Shown here one piece after another: positions 25,042 to 37,742 of a DNA stretch of 64,000 nucleotides. This stretch comes from Eledone cirrhosa (taxonomy: Eukaryota). The first letter of the stretch is position 1; each line of letters opens with the position of its first letter. The stretch covers positions 132,122,001 through 132,186,000 of the forward strand of contig OZ024742.1 in assembly GCA_964016885.1 (NCBI GenBank), read 5' to 3'. Both the position numbers and the translations under genes were made by a program. A model generated the notes under the pieces. That model ran no database searches, was not told where the DNA came from, and saw only the letters and a list, made by a program, of their open reading frames with translations.

Positions 25042-26877
25042 ATAATGATAAATTTGAAGACTAAAATCCAAAGAGGGCTCGATAAATATATCGAAGGATA
25101 AATATATATCAAATATATAAGAACCATAGAGCAAATATTTATTAAAATAGCAGATTAAAGTTTAAGCAAAGAATCGCTGCTTTCATCCTTAACGGGATCT
25201 TCTGAAACTAACAAAGTCAATCTGTAAACGCAGAAGTGTATATTTCAAAAAAACGTTGCTACCGGAGGAAGACAGGAAGACGATACTTTGGTTCGTTGAA
25301 ACGTTCGCTGGCTATGCAAATAAGTAATGGTATAAACAAAACATATACTTAGCTCCCACATCACGACGTAACATATCCACGTATAGATCGTACTATCCGT
25401 TAGGGTATAACGTGGGGCTGTAATACAGGAAAGCTTTGTGCAATTTATGTTTACAAGCCGAAATTGCCTCAGATTTTTTGTTTAATATGTGGTCTGTGGC
25501 GTAGAGTATTTCCAGGGCCACAGCGGTGCAGAGGTCACATGGTCTTTTATTTCCCTTATACGATCGAGCCCTAGCTAGGATCACCCAGTGTAACTTATAG
25601 TGGGTGTGGTTGTATTTTAGACTCCAGATATAAGCTGAAAGTGACGTCATATTCCTTCTTAGAGGGTAACAAAAAGAATGGGTATGCATGTAAAGACGCT
25701 GCTTGAATCTATTGGCGGTTAAACCTATATAGGCCCTACCGGACGTGGGTGTTACAACCTTACATTTGTAGACAATGTTACTAGAGAGGCATTTCCCGGA
25801 TAATGGGCAATCAACCCGATTCCTGAAATTACAGTTAGTACTAACTACAGGGTTGCACGTGTTCCTATGGCTAGGTAGTTTAGCTAAATTTGAAGCTGTG
25901 CTGTTATGTGCGACGTTAGGAGTCGTAGAGTAAGAAATTTTAATAGTACTTCTATTAAAAATGTTACTATATTTATGTGTAGGGGGAAAATGCTTCGTAA
26001 TAAGGGAAAGAAAGATCTTAGCTAATTATGTGGCCACCTCCATATTATATGGTGGGTTATACCAACAAATGCGACGGGATCTATTTCTTCTAGGTCTATT
26101 TTCGTACTCTATAACATCACAGCTTCAAATTTAGCTAAACTACCTAGCCATAGGAACACGTGCAACCCTGTAGTTAGTACTAACTGTAATTGTAGGGATC
26201 GGGTTGATTGCCCCCAATCCGGGAAATGCCTCTCTAGTAACATTGTCTACAAATGTAAGGTTGTAACACCATGTAGGGCCTACATAGGGTTCACCGCCAA
26301 TAGATTCAAGCAGCGTCTTTACATGCATACCCATTCTTCTCGTCACCCTCTAAGAAGGAATACGACGTCACTTTCAGCTTATATCTGGAGTCTAAAAGAC
26401 AACCACATCCAATATAACTTACACTGGGAGATCCTAGCTAGGGCTAGATCGTATAAGGGAAATAAAAGACCATGTGAGCTCTGCGCCGCTGAGGCCCTGG
26501 AAATACACTACGCCACAGACCACATCTTAAACAAAAAATCTGAGGCAATTTCGGCTTGTAAACATAAATTGCACAAAATTTTCCTGTATTACAGCCCCAC
26601 GTTATACCCTAACGGATAGTACGATCTATACGTGGATATTTTACGTCTTGATGGCCGGGATAAGCTAAGTATATGTTTTGTTTATACCATTACTTATTTG
26701 CATAGCCAGCGAACGTTTCCACGAACCAAAGTATCGTCTTCCTGTCTTCTTCATGTTGCAACGTTTTTTGAAATATCCACTTCTGCGTTTACAGATTGAC
26801 TTTGTTAGTTTCAGAAGATCCCGTTAAGGGTGAAAGCAGCGATTCTTTGCTTAAACTTTAATGTGTTATTTTAATAA

Positions 26878-26885
<8 letters not shown>
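25039..26885. mobile_element. Fold-back PLE 3' fragment (GIY-YIG endonuclease region): minus copy 25039-26110, inverted plus copy 26111-26885
   Basis: Translates RRICWYNPPY..HFPP.HK..IFN..K.SYS, CNCR..CP..GKCL..NIVYKC..YIG.T..FKQR, TSLSAYIWSLK..W.I..C.LC..E..LNKKSE..CKH (resembles Neptune-type PLE C-terminus). Confidence 0.88.
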
Positions 26886-26921
<36 letters not shown>

Positions 26922-27111
26922 ATATATAAAGGAAAAGAGTTTAGAAGGCTGAACTCCGGCCGTTCCGACAACTAGATCCGGGATTGTCACTCCTTTCCTA
27001 TTACCCTAAGTATTGAGTACACTGTTGCTTTATTGTCCACCTGGTATATTACGAAACCCTCTGTTATATATATATATAATGTAAAAAGTGATATATACAA
27101 GTAGGCGAAGG

Positions 27112-27231
<120 letters not shown>

Positions 27232-27291
27232 ATAAATCACTTTCTGCATTATACACTTTATTCAGTGTTTCAAGCAAACTAAATTTTATTA

Positions 27292-27571
27292 TCTATATAT
27301 ATAAAACATAGTATGTCTGTATGTGTGTGTGGTTGAATTCAAATCCCTAAAACTCGAGAACCACCAAACTGACTGTTTTCAAACTTTACACATGTAATAC
27401 TTATGTTTCAGGGAGTGTTCTGAGCAAAGCACATTTCATATTTTATATGCACCAGGGACCACATCAGGCGATTTAACGATCTCGCTCTATAATTCTTAGT
27501 CTTTCTCTTTTTAGATAGATACGTACTTATAACGTCGCGCCCTTATAATATCTGTCACTTCCTGGAGGATA

Positions 27572-27631
<60 letters not shown>

Positions 27632-28195
27632 TTTGAATCCCTAAAATTCGAGAAGTACCTAGCCGATTTTTTTCGAAATTTACATGTGCATTACTTATGT
27701 TTCATGGACTGTTATGCACATAACAAAATTCAACTTTTTTTTATCTCCTAGGGCCCGTATTAGGTGAAAAACTGCGTTGTTTAACATTTTTAGGGTTCTT
27801 TTGAGGCGTTACGTCAGACCGATTTCCTTGAAATTGTAACTATGTATTAGTCAGTCTCTTCCTCATACCGTAAGCAAAGAAAATCCAACTTGTTTATAGC
27901 CTAGGGCCCACATTAGGTGAAAAACTTCATATTTTCAGCTACTTAGGGCTTTTTGGAGGCGTTACGTCGAGCCGATTTTCCCGAAATTTCAAGGCATGTT
28001 ATGCACATATAAAATTAAATTTTCTTGAGTCCCTACGGCCCGCATTAGTTGAAAACCGGCATTTTTCCTCCTTCATCGATGAAAATCTTAAATATTATCC
28101 AGCCATCAGAGTATTCGGTTTATTTTCTTTACATATTGTCCAGGCATGCAGTTCCAAAATACATTATCCCGTGCAACGCCGGGTACCACTGCTAG
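27292..28195 (+). mobile_element. Non-autonomous Helitron
   Basis: 5' A|TCTATATATATAAAA; 3' hairpin cccg-tgcaacgc-cggg then CTAG|T; no TSD; internal ~125-bp tandem repeats (ccgattt..gaaatt..agggccc..ttaggtgaaaaac). Confidence 0.85.
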
Positions 28196-28277
28196 TATAT
28201 TATATTATAAAAATGGATTAATATAATTAATTTAAAGCATATTATACCATGAAACAGCCCAAATATTCTTTGTCCAG

Positions 28278-28895
28278 GCTAAAGACCGTGTTTTCCCGAG
28301 CATTATTATTCAAAATATTTTTCAGGTGCATTACTAAATATATTAAAGATTAAGAACATAGCAAGCAAAACATATATTTAAGGAAAATATTTTACCTGCA
28401 TAATTTATCGTACCATCGTTTCCCAATGTTCTGAAGACTAACTATTCATCATAAGTGATTGATTATCCAGTTAATACTACATTGTTCTACAGCTGCTAGT
28501 CTTAAGATATAATAATTAATTGCCATTTCTAGAAAAACTTTAATGAATTTTCCTGTGTTTAAAACAATGTCTAGACTGGACAACTATCGCAACTACACTC
28601 TAACAGTCATATTAAGAATACCACAGGGTTTAGTTATAGCTACTCAGTATAAAGTTAGATAGCTATTAATGAGAAGTCATATGAAACTATAAATAGCTTA
28701 CAATATCTTCAAATCTTTTAACAACTCAACCTGAAATTCATTTAATTTATTAAATAGAAAGAAGGAGAAACATTATAAAAATGAATTAAAATGAAATTTA
28801 TCTCAATTATAGTATACCATGGAGCACCTCAATTTTGCTTTTTGCAGGTTAAAATCCGTTTATTGCGGAGCGTTATTATTCAAAATATTATTCAG
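28278..28895 (+). other. Pair of duplicated 48-nt exon-like segments (28278-28325, 28848-28895)
   Basis: Both have polypyrimidine-CAG acceptor and CAG|GT donor, are 48 nt long, and are open in two frames. Confidence 0.3.
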
Positions 28896-28922
28896 GTAAA
28901 ATACTAAGTATATTACCATTAA

Positions 28923-28954
<32 letters not shown>

Positions 28955-29373
28955 ACCACACCCACACACTCACACATGCACACATACCAACACACGCTCA
29001 AACACCCACACCCACACCACACACGCACGTACATACTCACATGCACTTACACACACACGCGCACACACGCACACACACACACACATACACACCCATATGC
29101 ACACACACACCCACATCCACCCACACACATACATACACACACACACACACACACGACACACGCACGTACACACTCACACGCACTTACACACACACACACA
29201 CGCGCATATATATATATATATAATAATAAGAGTAGACGGACCCAGCATATTTATCAATGCCAGTACCGGTTGTATCTCAGCGCTCTCGATGAGCAATGTA
29301 AGATACATAACCAGAGTATACACATAGTTATTTGCCTCAACACAACACACGTAAAACGGGTGCCTATAAGGTT

Positions 29374-29483
29374 ACCGGACTCGAGTTTCTGCAGCATTAA
29401 TGCAGCAGTAAGGTGCACTGCACCATCTGTCTGCATATATTATGCAACAATGCACAATGTCTTATGCTGCTTCATCAGCGGGT
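29374..29483 (-). ncRNA. Type I hammerhead ribozyme with expanded stem II
   Basis: rc: ccg CTGATGA a gcagcat-[~70 nt]-atgctgc a GAAA ctcgag TC cgg; palindromic ACTCGAGT. Confidence 0.75.
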
Positions 29484-30708
29484 ATCGCCTAATCAATAAC
29501 CAATCGATCGACATAATCCAAACACCGCCCTGAGCCGGTCATGACTGTTTGTGACAACCGACACGGTAAAGTGATTAACTGGCAACCGATAGGACTTTAT
29601 CTCTCAACCAGCCACTGATTTACAAATTTTACGTGGGGACGGGAAGCTAAAAAGAATCAATCTTTTAGTTCCTTTCAGAAAACCCAGCCAACGTGTCTCA
29701 CACACAAATTATCAAGGGGTGAAAAGATGGCTATTAGAAATAACAGTTCACATTGATATAAAATAGAATGGTAGCATCCGGTCCATGTCTCCATGCCCCA
29801 TGGCTAGAGAAAAGCGATGGTAACAATGGTAGTGCCAAGAACCTTTAACGGAGATTAAATGCGATCATCCATTATATAGCAATACAGTAGCGAGCTGAAA
29901 TGTGTCAGCTGCGTGCGTAGATAACCAGTCTAATTCACAACTTAAAAGAGTGACAGACAAAATTAGTAGCAAGAAAAAGAGTGCATATCAAAACAAAAAC
30001 AATAAAAAGTGAAAAAATGTTTAACTTACTCCTAATATATATATATACATGTATATACATATATATCAAACATACTATCTTTTGAAATTATTTCCCACCT
30101 ACTCAAAGAAGTCTTTCAATTCTTCCAATTCCTTCTACTCCATCTCCGACCAACCCCTTCCCTTCTATCCTGCTCCTCACTAATCCACTGTCCTTTATAA
30201 CAGGGCCTCAATCAACCATCACAAACGGCAAGGAAAGATATAAGTATCGACCACTCTCTATATCACTTGGCATTCCTGATGATTTCATTCGAATGAAACA
30301 ATTCTACTCCTGTAGAAGCTATTTCTATATTAAATTATGAGGTTTACACTCTACTAATGTATTGAGTAACTTTTTAAACTGTGGTTACTCCTGATTCTAT
30401 AAACCATCTACGATACACACATATATATATACGTTTCTTCAGAAAGCAAGGATTTAATAAGACAAGCTGTGCTTGATCAGGAAATTGAGATGTCTATATA
30501 CGAGAACATACTGAAAATTGATTATAACCATTCACAAAAGAATCCAGATGCATTTCCTAAGTTAACATTTCACAATCTTTTCGTATATTCTTGATAGGAT
30601 ATGTTTTCAGTGTACGGCTTAACATACATATAAATACATGCTCATACACAAACTCGAAAAATACGTAAACAATTACATGTTATATATATACATATATACA
30701 CATACATA

Positions 30709-30770
<62 letters not shown>

Positions 30771-30899
30771 CACGTACACACGCGCACACATGTACACTCG
30801 TACATTCACACAAACTTATATGTGTTTACATATATAAATATATACATATATATACATATATAAATATATACATAATATAGTAATAATAATAATCTGTTA

Positions 30900-30994
<95 letters not shown>

Positions 30995-31279
30995 CGTAGA
31001 TTTTTGCAATTTTTGAGTATATCACAGATCACGTAACAGAGATATAGCATTCACGACGTCTTGTTTTCCTAAAAAGATAAATGAATCAACATTCACTGAA
31101 AATAAATCTATTTGTGAAAAAACGAAATAAATAAATTTCACATCAGGAAAATATATATACATAATATATTGAAAAAAGAACTTTATTCATTCTTATCTAT
31201 GGATCTCTCCTCATGTATCTACGTTTCTTTTAATCCCTCGCCTCCTCTCTTTCTCTCTTTATATATATATATATATATA

Positions 31280-33355
31280 TTGCTATACGAAGAGAGGGTC
31301 ATATTTGTGTAATATTGCCAGAATTAATAACAGAACACACTCACTGTTTGGTTGGTGTTCGCTTTTCGCTTGTTTCTTTTATATCGGTAATCTAATTTAT
31401 TCGGTCCTCAATGTTGCCATTGACAGACCAACGGTCAAAAATAATACAGATACAATATAGACACAAACACATATATATAGTTTATCAAAGTTATTTCGTT
31501 GCACATCTGCAACATCGTCAGTGGTGATATTGTTTCCTCCCGTTGCATTGTATTTTCTACGCCATCTTTATTTAGTCTATTTATATATTTATTTATTTGT
31601 TTATTATTTGTTATTCTTTACGCATGCGTTTGCGTGTGTGTATAGTGTTTTGTTTGATGTGTGTTCGTGATTGGGTGACTGTGTATTGGTTAATGTATTC
31701 TATCTTTACTAGTGTGTGTTTATGTGTTTGTTATTATTGTGCTTGTGTATTTATTTACTTATTTTTCTTATCTATTTATTTATTTATACTTCTCTTAGGT
31801 CAGTGTTGTTTGTTTGGGTGTTGTTGTTATTCCATTCATTCTTTCTGTTTAGCCTTGGCCTTCTAAGTTCTATTTAACTGGCCTCTCTGATTTGCCTATC
31901 TGTTGGGTCATTTCTATGTTTACATATTATTCTAATTTCTATGTTGTCTATGTTACCGTCGTGCTGTTGTCTGGCATGTTCGTATAGTACTGAACCGTTT
32001 GATTTAGAACGTAGCACAATGGAAAGCATCCAGCAGATAGCTAATTCCATACACCAGAGTATAACTGTAACTATCGACTACCCTTCCAAACACCCTAACA
32101 ATATACTACCTGTATTAGACACGGAACACTCCATTAACACTATAGACGAGAGAGCCCAAATTCTCCACTACTTGATACTCAAAAACTCTGCAATGTACAG
32201 TAATGCTAAGTTTAATATTCTGATCACAGATTTGGTACGAGTGATGAAGAATGTGTCCCGCATGTGCGACACCTGGAGGGAAATTAGCTAACCAGTGTAG
32301 AAAGGCCCCTGAGAAAGACCCACTTAAAGATTAAGGTGGTAGAAAAGCCAGGAACCACCATAAAATCCCTGATCAGCAAAACCTACCCTTTTAAGAAAAC
32401 CCACTGTACTAATGGGAAATGTATCATATGTAAGGTAAATCCCCGGATAAACTGTAAAACTAGAAACGTAGTCTATAGCATAAGATGTATAGAGAGTACT
32501 TGCATGACAACAACATACATAGGCGAGACAGCTCGTAGCATAGGTGAAAGGATAGACCAACACTGGGAGGAACTAAAAGGACGAACAAACGGTTCAGTAC
32601 TATACGAACATGCCAGACAACAACACGACGGTAACATAGAAAACATAGAAATTAGAATAATATGTAAACATAGAAATGACCCAGCAGATAGGCAAATCAG
32701 AGAGGCCAGTGAAATAGAACTTTGAAGGCCAAGGCTAAACAGAAAGAATGAGTGGAATAACAACAACACGCAAACAAACAACACTGACCTAAGAGAAGTA
32801 TAAATAAATAAATAGATACATAAATAAATAAATACATACACAAGCACAATAACAACAAACACATATAAACACACACTAGTAAAGATAGAATACATTAACC
32901 AAGACAGGGTCTCCCAATCACGAACACACATCAAACAAAACACTATACACACACGCAAACGCATGCGCAAAGAAGACAAAATAAAATAAACAAATAAATA
33001 AATATATAAACAGATTAAATAAAGATGGCGTAGAAAATACAATGCAACGGGAGGAAACAATAGCATCACTGACAATGTTGCAGATGTGCAACGAAATAAC
33101 TTTGATAAACTATATATATGTGTTTGTGTCTATATTGTATCTGTATTATTTTTGACCGTTGGTCAGTCAATGGCAACATTGAGGACCGAATAAATTAGAT
33201 TACCGATATAAAAGACACAAAAGCGAAAAGCGAAAACCAACCAAACGGTGAGTGTGTTCTGTTATTAATTCTGGCAATATTACACAAATATGACCCTCCC
33301 CAAGTATAAAATATTTGTTTCGGCACACGATTTCATATCAAAAACCTCGCAAAAC
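31280..33355. mobile_element. Fold-back PLE: minus arm 31280-32000 (pseudo-LTR + EN end), plus arm 32001-33355 (deleted RT, GIY-YIG EN, 3' UTR, pseudo-LTR)
   Basis: ORF 32336-32725 has NVVYSIRC..TTYIGETARS..R..H; ~700-bp inverted arms; HHR-like motifs at ~31485-31525 and ~33065-33105. Confidence 0.9.
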
Positions 33356-33368
33356 TAAAATATCGCCG

Positions 33369-33420
<52 letters not shown>

Positions 33421-33436
33421 CATATATATTATATTA

Positions 33437-33472
<36 letters not shown>

Positions 33473-33492
33473 ATATAATATAATATATATGT

Positions 33493-33523
<31 letters not shown>

Positions 33524-33556
33524 ATATAATATAATATATATATATATGTATGTGTG

Positions 33557-33645
<89 letters not shown>

Positions 33646-33856
33646 TTTCTGAATTTGTTTAGCAAGATTCTTTATCTGAAATCGTGTGTTGAAACCGATA
33701 TTGTTATACTTTGGGAGGGTCATGTTGCCAATAAGAAACACACGCACCAGTTGCTTTCACTTCAATTTAATTTATTAAATATTTATAAATTTACAAATTT
33801 ATAAATTTCTGGTTGGTTGGTTGGTTCCACAACCAGATAGTTGTTTATATATATAT

Positions 33857-33901
33857 AGTCATAGTTCTTTCGTCACACACTCTGTGACCTCTTCAGTGAC
33901 T
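33857..33901 (-). ncRNA. Minimal hammerhead ribozyme in PLE pseudo-LTR
   Basis: rc: agtca CTGAAGA g gtcaca gagtg tgtgac GAAA gaac TA tgact. Confidence 0.75.
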
Positions 33902-34278
33902 GGGGATTTCTTTCTTCGTTTCTGTGCCTTTCCTTTCTTCTATCCTACGCCATTTTGTTTGTGTGTGGGTTGCGTGCTCAGTTTGCGCATGCGCCACATC
34001 CGGGTGTCTGTGTGTGTTTGTGTTCATTTTTCTATTTTTCTATTTATATTTTTCTATTTGTTTGTTTATTTATTTATTTATTGTTGGTTGGTTGTTTGTT
34101 CTATGTGTGTGTGTGTTTTCATTTTGTCTTGTGTGTGTTTTCATTTTGTGTGTGTTTTCAATTGTAAGTTGTTTGTTCTATGTGTGTGTGTGTTTTCATT
34201 TTGTCCTTAATTGTAAGTTGTGATGTTGCTGTTCCACTCATATTTTCTATTTAATTTTGGTTTTAATTCTTTTATGCT

Positions 34279-36915
34279 TCATGCCTCTGTAATTTGCCTA
34301 AACATTGCGTCTTTCTTGTGTGTGGATTCTATTTTTATTTCTATGCTCTCTAATTTACCCCTGTGTTCTATCTTAGCATGTTGGTAGAGCACAGATGATT
34401 CTTTACTATCTTGGAGGTCTCGCCAGTGTTCATTTATTCGTTCCCCTATACTACGAGCTGTCTCACCTATGTACACTACATTTTTGTTTCTACATTGTCC
34501 TTCAGTACATCTTATGGTATATACTACATTTCTAGTTTTACAGTTAATATGGGGGCTTATTTTACAGGTTATACATTTCTTATCTATACATGAGGGTCTT
34601 TGGAACGGGTATGTCTTGCTAATAAGTGTTTTTACGGAGGTACCAGGTCTTTCTACTATCTTAATATTGAGATTATGTTTCTTTAGGGCCCTTCTAAATT
34701 TGTAGGCTAGTTCGCCTCTAGGGGTTGTATTGATGAACATTACACTCTGGTATTTATTGCTATCATACCATGAGTTTATTCTATTGGCCTTGTTCTTAGT
34801 TCTTTCTATTCTATTCCAAAATTTGCTCCTATACAAGGGGCAGGTCCCATTTATGTCATTATTTACCATTTTTTCCCATTTGGTTCTGGCTCCTTTATAC
34901 ACTCTGATTCTATCTCTCTGATTGTAGCCAGAGAACTGCATACGGTGGATGAAGTGTTGTATGTGTCTCTCTAGTTCTTCGGGGTTGCACATGCGGGACA
35001 CATTTCTCATCACCCGTACCAAATCCGCAATCAGTATGTTGATTTTGGTATGGTCCGAAATGGCCGAGTTTCGGTGGATCAGATGTTTGGAAGTCATGGG
35101 TTTGGCATAATGGGAATGGAGGATTTGTTTTTGGTTGTTAATAGTATCTAACCAGAGCTCTGTGTCTAGTACAGGTAATCGATGGTTGGGGTGTCTACTT
35201 GGGTAGTCTATAGTAACTCTAATGCTCTGGTGGATGGAGTTTGCTATTTGCTGGATGCTTTCCATTGTGTTTTTCTCTAGTTCCTGACTGTTCTTTAGTG
35301 GGGGTGTCTTAACTACGATGTTTATATCATCTACGTAGCGGGAGTACATTATCAGGGTTAAGCTGTCTTCTAATTGTTCATTAAGTTTTTGTTTAAGTCT
35401 ACTGTCCCACCATACCATGAATAAGTTAGCTATGTCGCCTGCAATGCTAACACCAATGGCTGCTCCTTCCTCTTGGGCATATGTTTTACCATTAAATTTG
35501 AACATATGTTCCTTAAGGGTTAGTTTTATGCTGGCCCCTACCGCATGTGCAATCATTTTCTTCAGTTCATCGTGGTTTTCGGGTGTCCGTATGGCTCTGG
35601 TCCACCCGTTCCATCTATCTGTGTGGGTTTTCTTGGCCATTGAGGTAATGGTAGGTGGTCTGACTCTTGCTGGTCTTGTAGGGCACAGGTTGCTAAGGTC
35701 ATAAGTGTCTAGGTAACTATTACTATGGGTAAGCTTAAGTAGAAGTCCCAGCTCACTGGTATCAATCCCACGGAACTCAACCTTGCTCTCGCTGATCATT
35801 TCGACGCATTTCTCCACAGCAAAATCCACGTCAATAGATGGATACAGGGACACAACATCCATACTGCCTATTATGCAGTTTGTTAGGTCCCCAGATCGGT
35901 TACCCGCGCCGATTCTGCTGAGGAGGTCCTCCGTGCTGTCACACACATCTGGGGACATCTCAATGATGGGGCGTATGATCAGGGAGAGGAAGTAGGACAG
36001 TCTGTAGTTACTAGCAATGTTAGCCCCACAGACTGGCCGTGTTGGTGGTCCCGCGACAGGGTCCCAGCCCGTTTTATGGTCTTTACGAAGCCCATACAAC
36101 GCCGGCACGTCATTGTTCCAGGCCTGGAAGTTGTTGGCAGTCCTTTTGTTGGGCTGCATTATATTTGTCCACATCACCATATGGGCATTGAGGGTTTTTT
36201 CTCTATCCTCATGCTCCTGTGGTGTTACCTCTCTTGTGTTAGTGATGTGGGGTTGCATTGCCTGGATGTAGTTTGGCAGGCTGTCAACCGACATTCTGCC
36301 AGACTTGTCTGTTGGAAAGCATGCTATCTCTCCATTACGCGAGCGCTGCATGAGCTTACGCAAGCCATTTGCAGATTCTTCTCCCAGTTGCTGGGCCTCT
36401 ATTCTATTATGCTTCTTGCTATACTGTTCTATAATATTTCTAAGTTCGGATTTAGCTATACTAAATTGTGCCTCTGTTTGTTCATCGACCTGCGACGGCA
36501 ACTGCGTGCGTTTGTTAAATGGCAAAGTCGTGGCGTGGACTCGTCGTAGGTCGAATGATTTATCGGAGGGGTTATAAAACGGAGAGTTCCAGGCTGCTGC
36601 TTTATGTGTACTAGTGCTATTGTTATTGTTAGTTGTGTTGTTTCTATTTCCACCAACAGCAGCAGCCTCAGCTTCATGGTTGTTTCTATGTCTCTCATAA
36701 TTACTCCTGTCTCTTTCCACTGGCTCAATGTTGTTATCTACCCTATTTTGTGTGTCTGTGTGTTCGTCTTGGTTATTCTCTTTGTCCTTAGTCTCCCATC
36801 TCCTTTTCCTTTTCCTTTTAATCATATTACTTTCTCTTATTTCTCTGATTTCTGTGCTACTCTCATTACTTGTTTTCTGTGTCTGTGTGTTTGTTAAGAT
36901 TGTGGTGAGAGGCAT
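34279..36915 (-). CDS. PLE polyprotein: reverse transcriptase + Cys-rich linker + GIY-YIG endonuclease (878 aa; homology continues ~23 codons past a TGA)
   Basis: PTDKSG, LYGLRKDHK, RPV, SMDVVSLYPSI, QEEGAAIG, RYVDDI, LPVLDT; CxxxxCxxC..C; NVVYTIRC..VYIGETARS..R..EH. Confidence 0.95.
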   Translation of the reverse strand: MPLTTILTNTQTQKTSNESSTEIREIRESNMIKRKRKRRWETKDKENNQDEHTDTQNRVDNNIEPVERDRSNYERHRNNHEAEAAAVGGNRNNTTNNNNSTSTHKAAAWNSPFYNPSDKSFDLRRVHATTLPFNKRTQLPSQVDEQTEAQFSIAKSELRNIIEQYSKKHNRIEAQQLGEESANGLRKLMQRSRNGEIACFPTDKSGRMSVDSLPNYIQAMQPHITNTREVTPQEHEDREKTLNAHMVMWTNIMQPNKRTANNFQAWNNDVPALYGLRKDHKTGWDPVAGPPTRPVCGANIASNYRLSYFLSLIIRPIIEMSPDVCDSTEDLLSRIGAGNRSGDLTNCIIGSMDVVSLYPSIDVDFAVEKCVEMISESKVEFRGIDTSELGLLLKLTHSNSYLDTYDLSNLCPTRPARVRPPTITSMAKKTHTDRWNGWTRAIRTPENHDELKKMIAHAVGASIKLTLKEHMFKFNGKTYAQEEGAAIGVSIAGDIANLFMVWWDSRLKQKLNEQLEDSLTLIMYSRYVDDINIVVKTPPLKNSQELEKNTMESIQQIANSIHQSIRVTIDYPSRHPNHRLPVLDTELWLDTINNQKQILHSHYAKPMTSKHLIHRNSAISDHTKINILIADLVRVMRNVSRMCNPEELERHIQHFIHRMQFSGYNQRDRIRVYKGARTKWEKMVNNDINGTCPLYRSKFWNRIERTKNKANRINSWYDSNKYQSVMFINTTPRGELAYKFRRALKKHNLNIKIVERPGTSVKTLISKTYPFQRPSCIDKKCITCKISPHINCKTRNVVYTIRCTEGQCRNKNVVYIGETARSIGERINEHWRDLQDSKESSVLYQHAKIEHRGKLESIEIKIESTHKKDAMFRQITEA

Positions 36916-37223
36916 TGAATGCGTGTGTGTTGTTGTTGTTGATGTGTGTTGTTGTTGATGTGTGTTGTTGTTGTCTCCGTGTGTGTGTGTGTTATCGTTG
37001 TTGTGTGTGTTGTTATTGTTGTTTGTGTTTGCGTGTCTGTTGTTGTTGTATCTGGGTATGTTGCTATTGTTGTTGTTGTTGATGTGTGTGTTGTTGTTAT
37101 TATTGTCTCCGTGTGTGTTGTTATTGTTGTTTGTGTCTGCGTGTCTGTTGTATCTGGGTATGTTGCTATTGTTGTTGTTATTGTTGTTTGTGTCTGTGTG
37201 TCTGTTGTTGTTGGGATGTGTGT

Positions 37224-37317
<94 letters not shown>

Positions 37318-37363
37318 TATATATATATCCCTATATATATATTACATATATATTATATTATAT

Positions 37364-37402
<39 letters not shown>

Positions 37403-37550
37403 ACATATGTTTATATATATAATGTAGTTATATATATATAATGTATATATATATATATATATAATGTAGTTATATATATATAATGTATATATATATATAT
37501 ATATATAATGTAGTTATATATATATAATGTATATATATATATATATATAT

Positions 37551-37742
37551 ATAGGAACCAGTAAGACCCCGACAGCTGAGCTCAAGCCGTTTCGACGGTT
37601 AATTCTGGACAGAATTAGCCGTCGAAACGGCTTGAGCTCAGCTGTCGGGGTCTTACTGGTTCCTATTACCCACTCTACTACCTCAAGTATTGAGTACTTT
37701 GGTGCGTTATGGTCCACCTGGTTCCTTACCACATTTCCTTCG

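Larger units (their letters stand above)
33642..37226 (-). mobile_element. Near full-length Penelope-like element with 3' pseudo-LTR, flanked by (TA)n on both sides
   Basis: RT + GIY-YIG ORF, CA-rich 3' UTR, HHR-bearing pseudo-LTR 33642-33960. Confidence 0.95.

Noticed and set aside
26806-26860. CAGAAGA tccc..gggt GAAA as an HHR in the Neptune-like PLE
   Set aside because: Core U replaced by A in all three copies and no clear stem I/NUH; not supportable
32723-32725. Second in-frame TGA as selenocysteine
   Set aside because: The inverted sister arm has AGA at the same codon, indicating a point mutation
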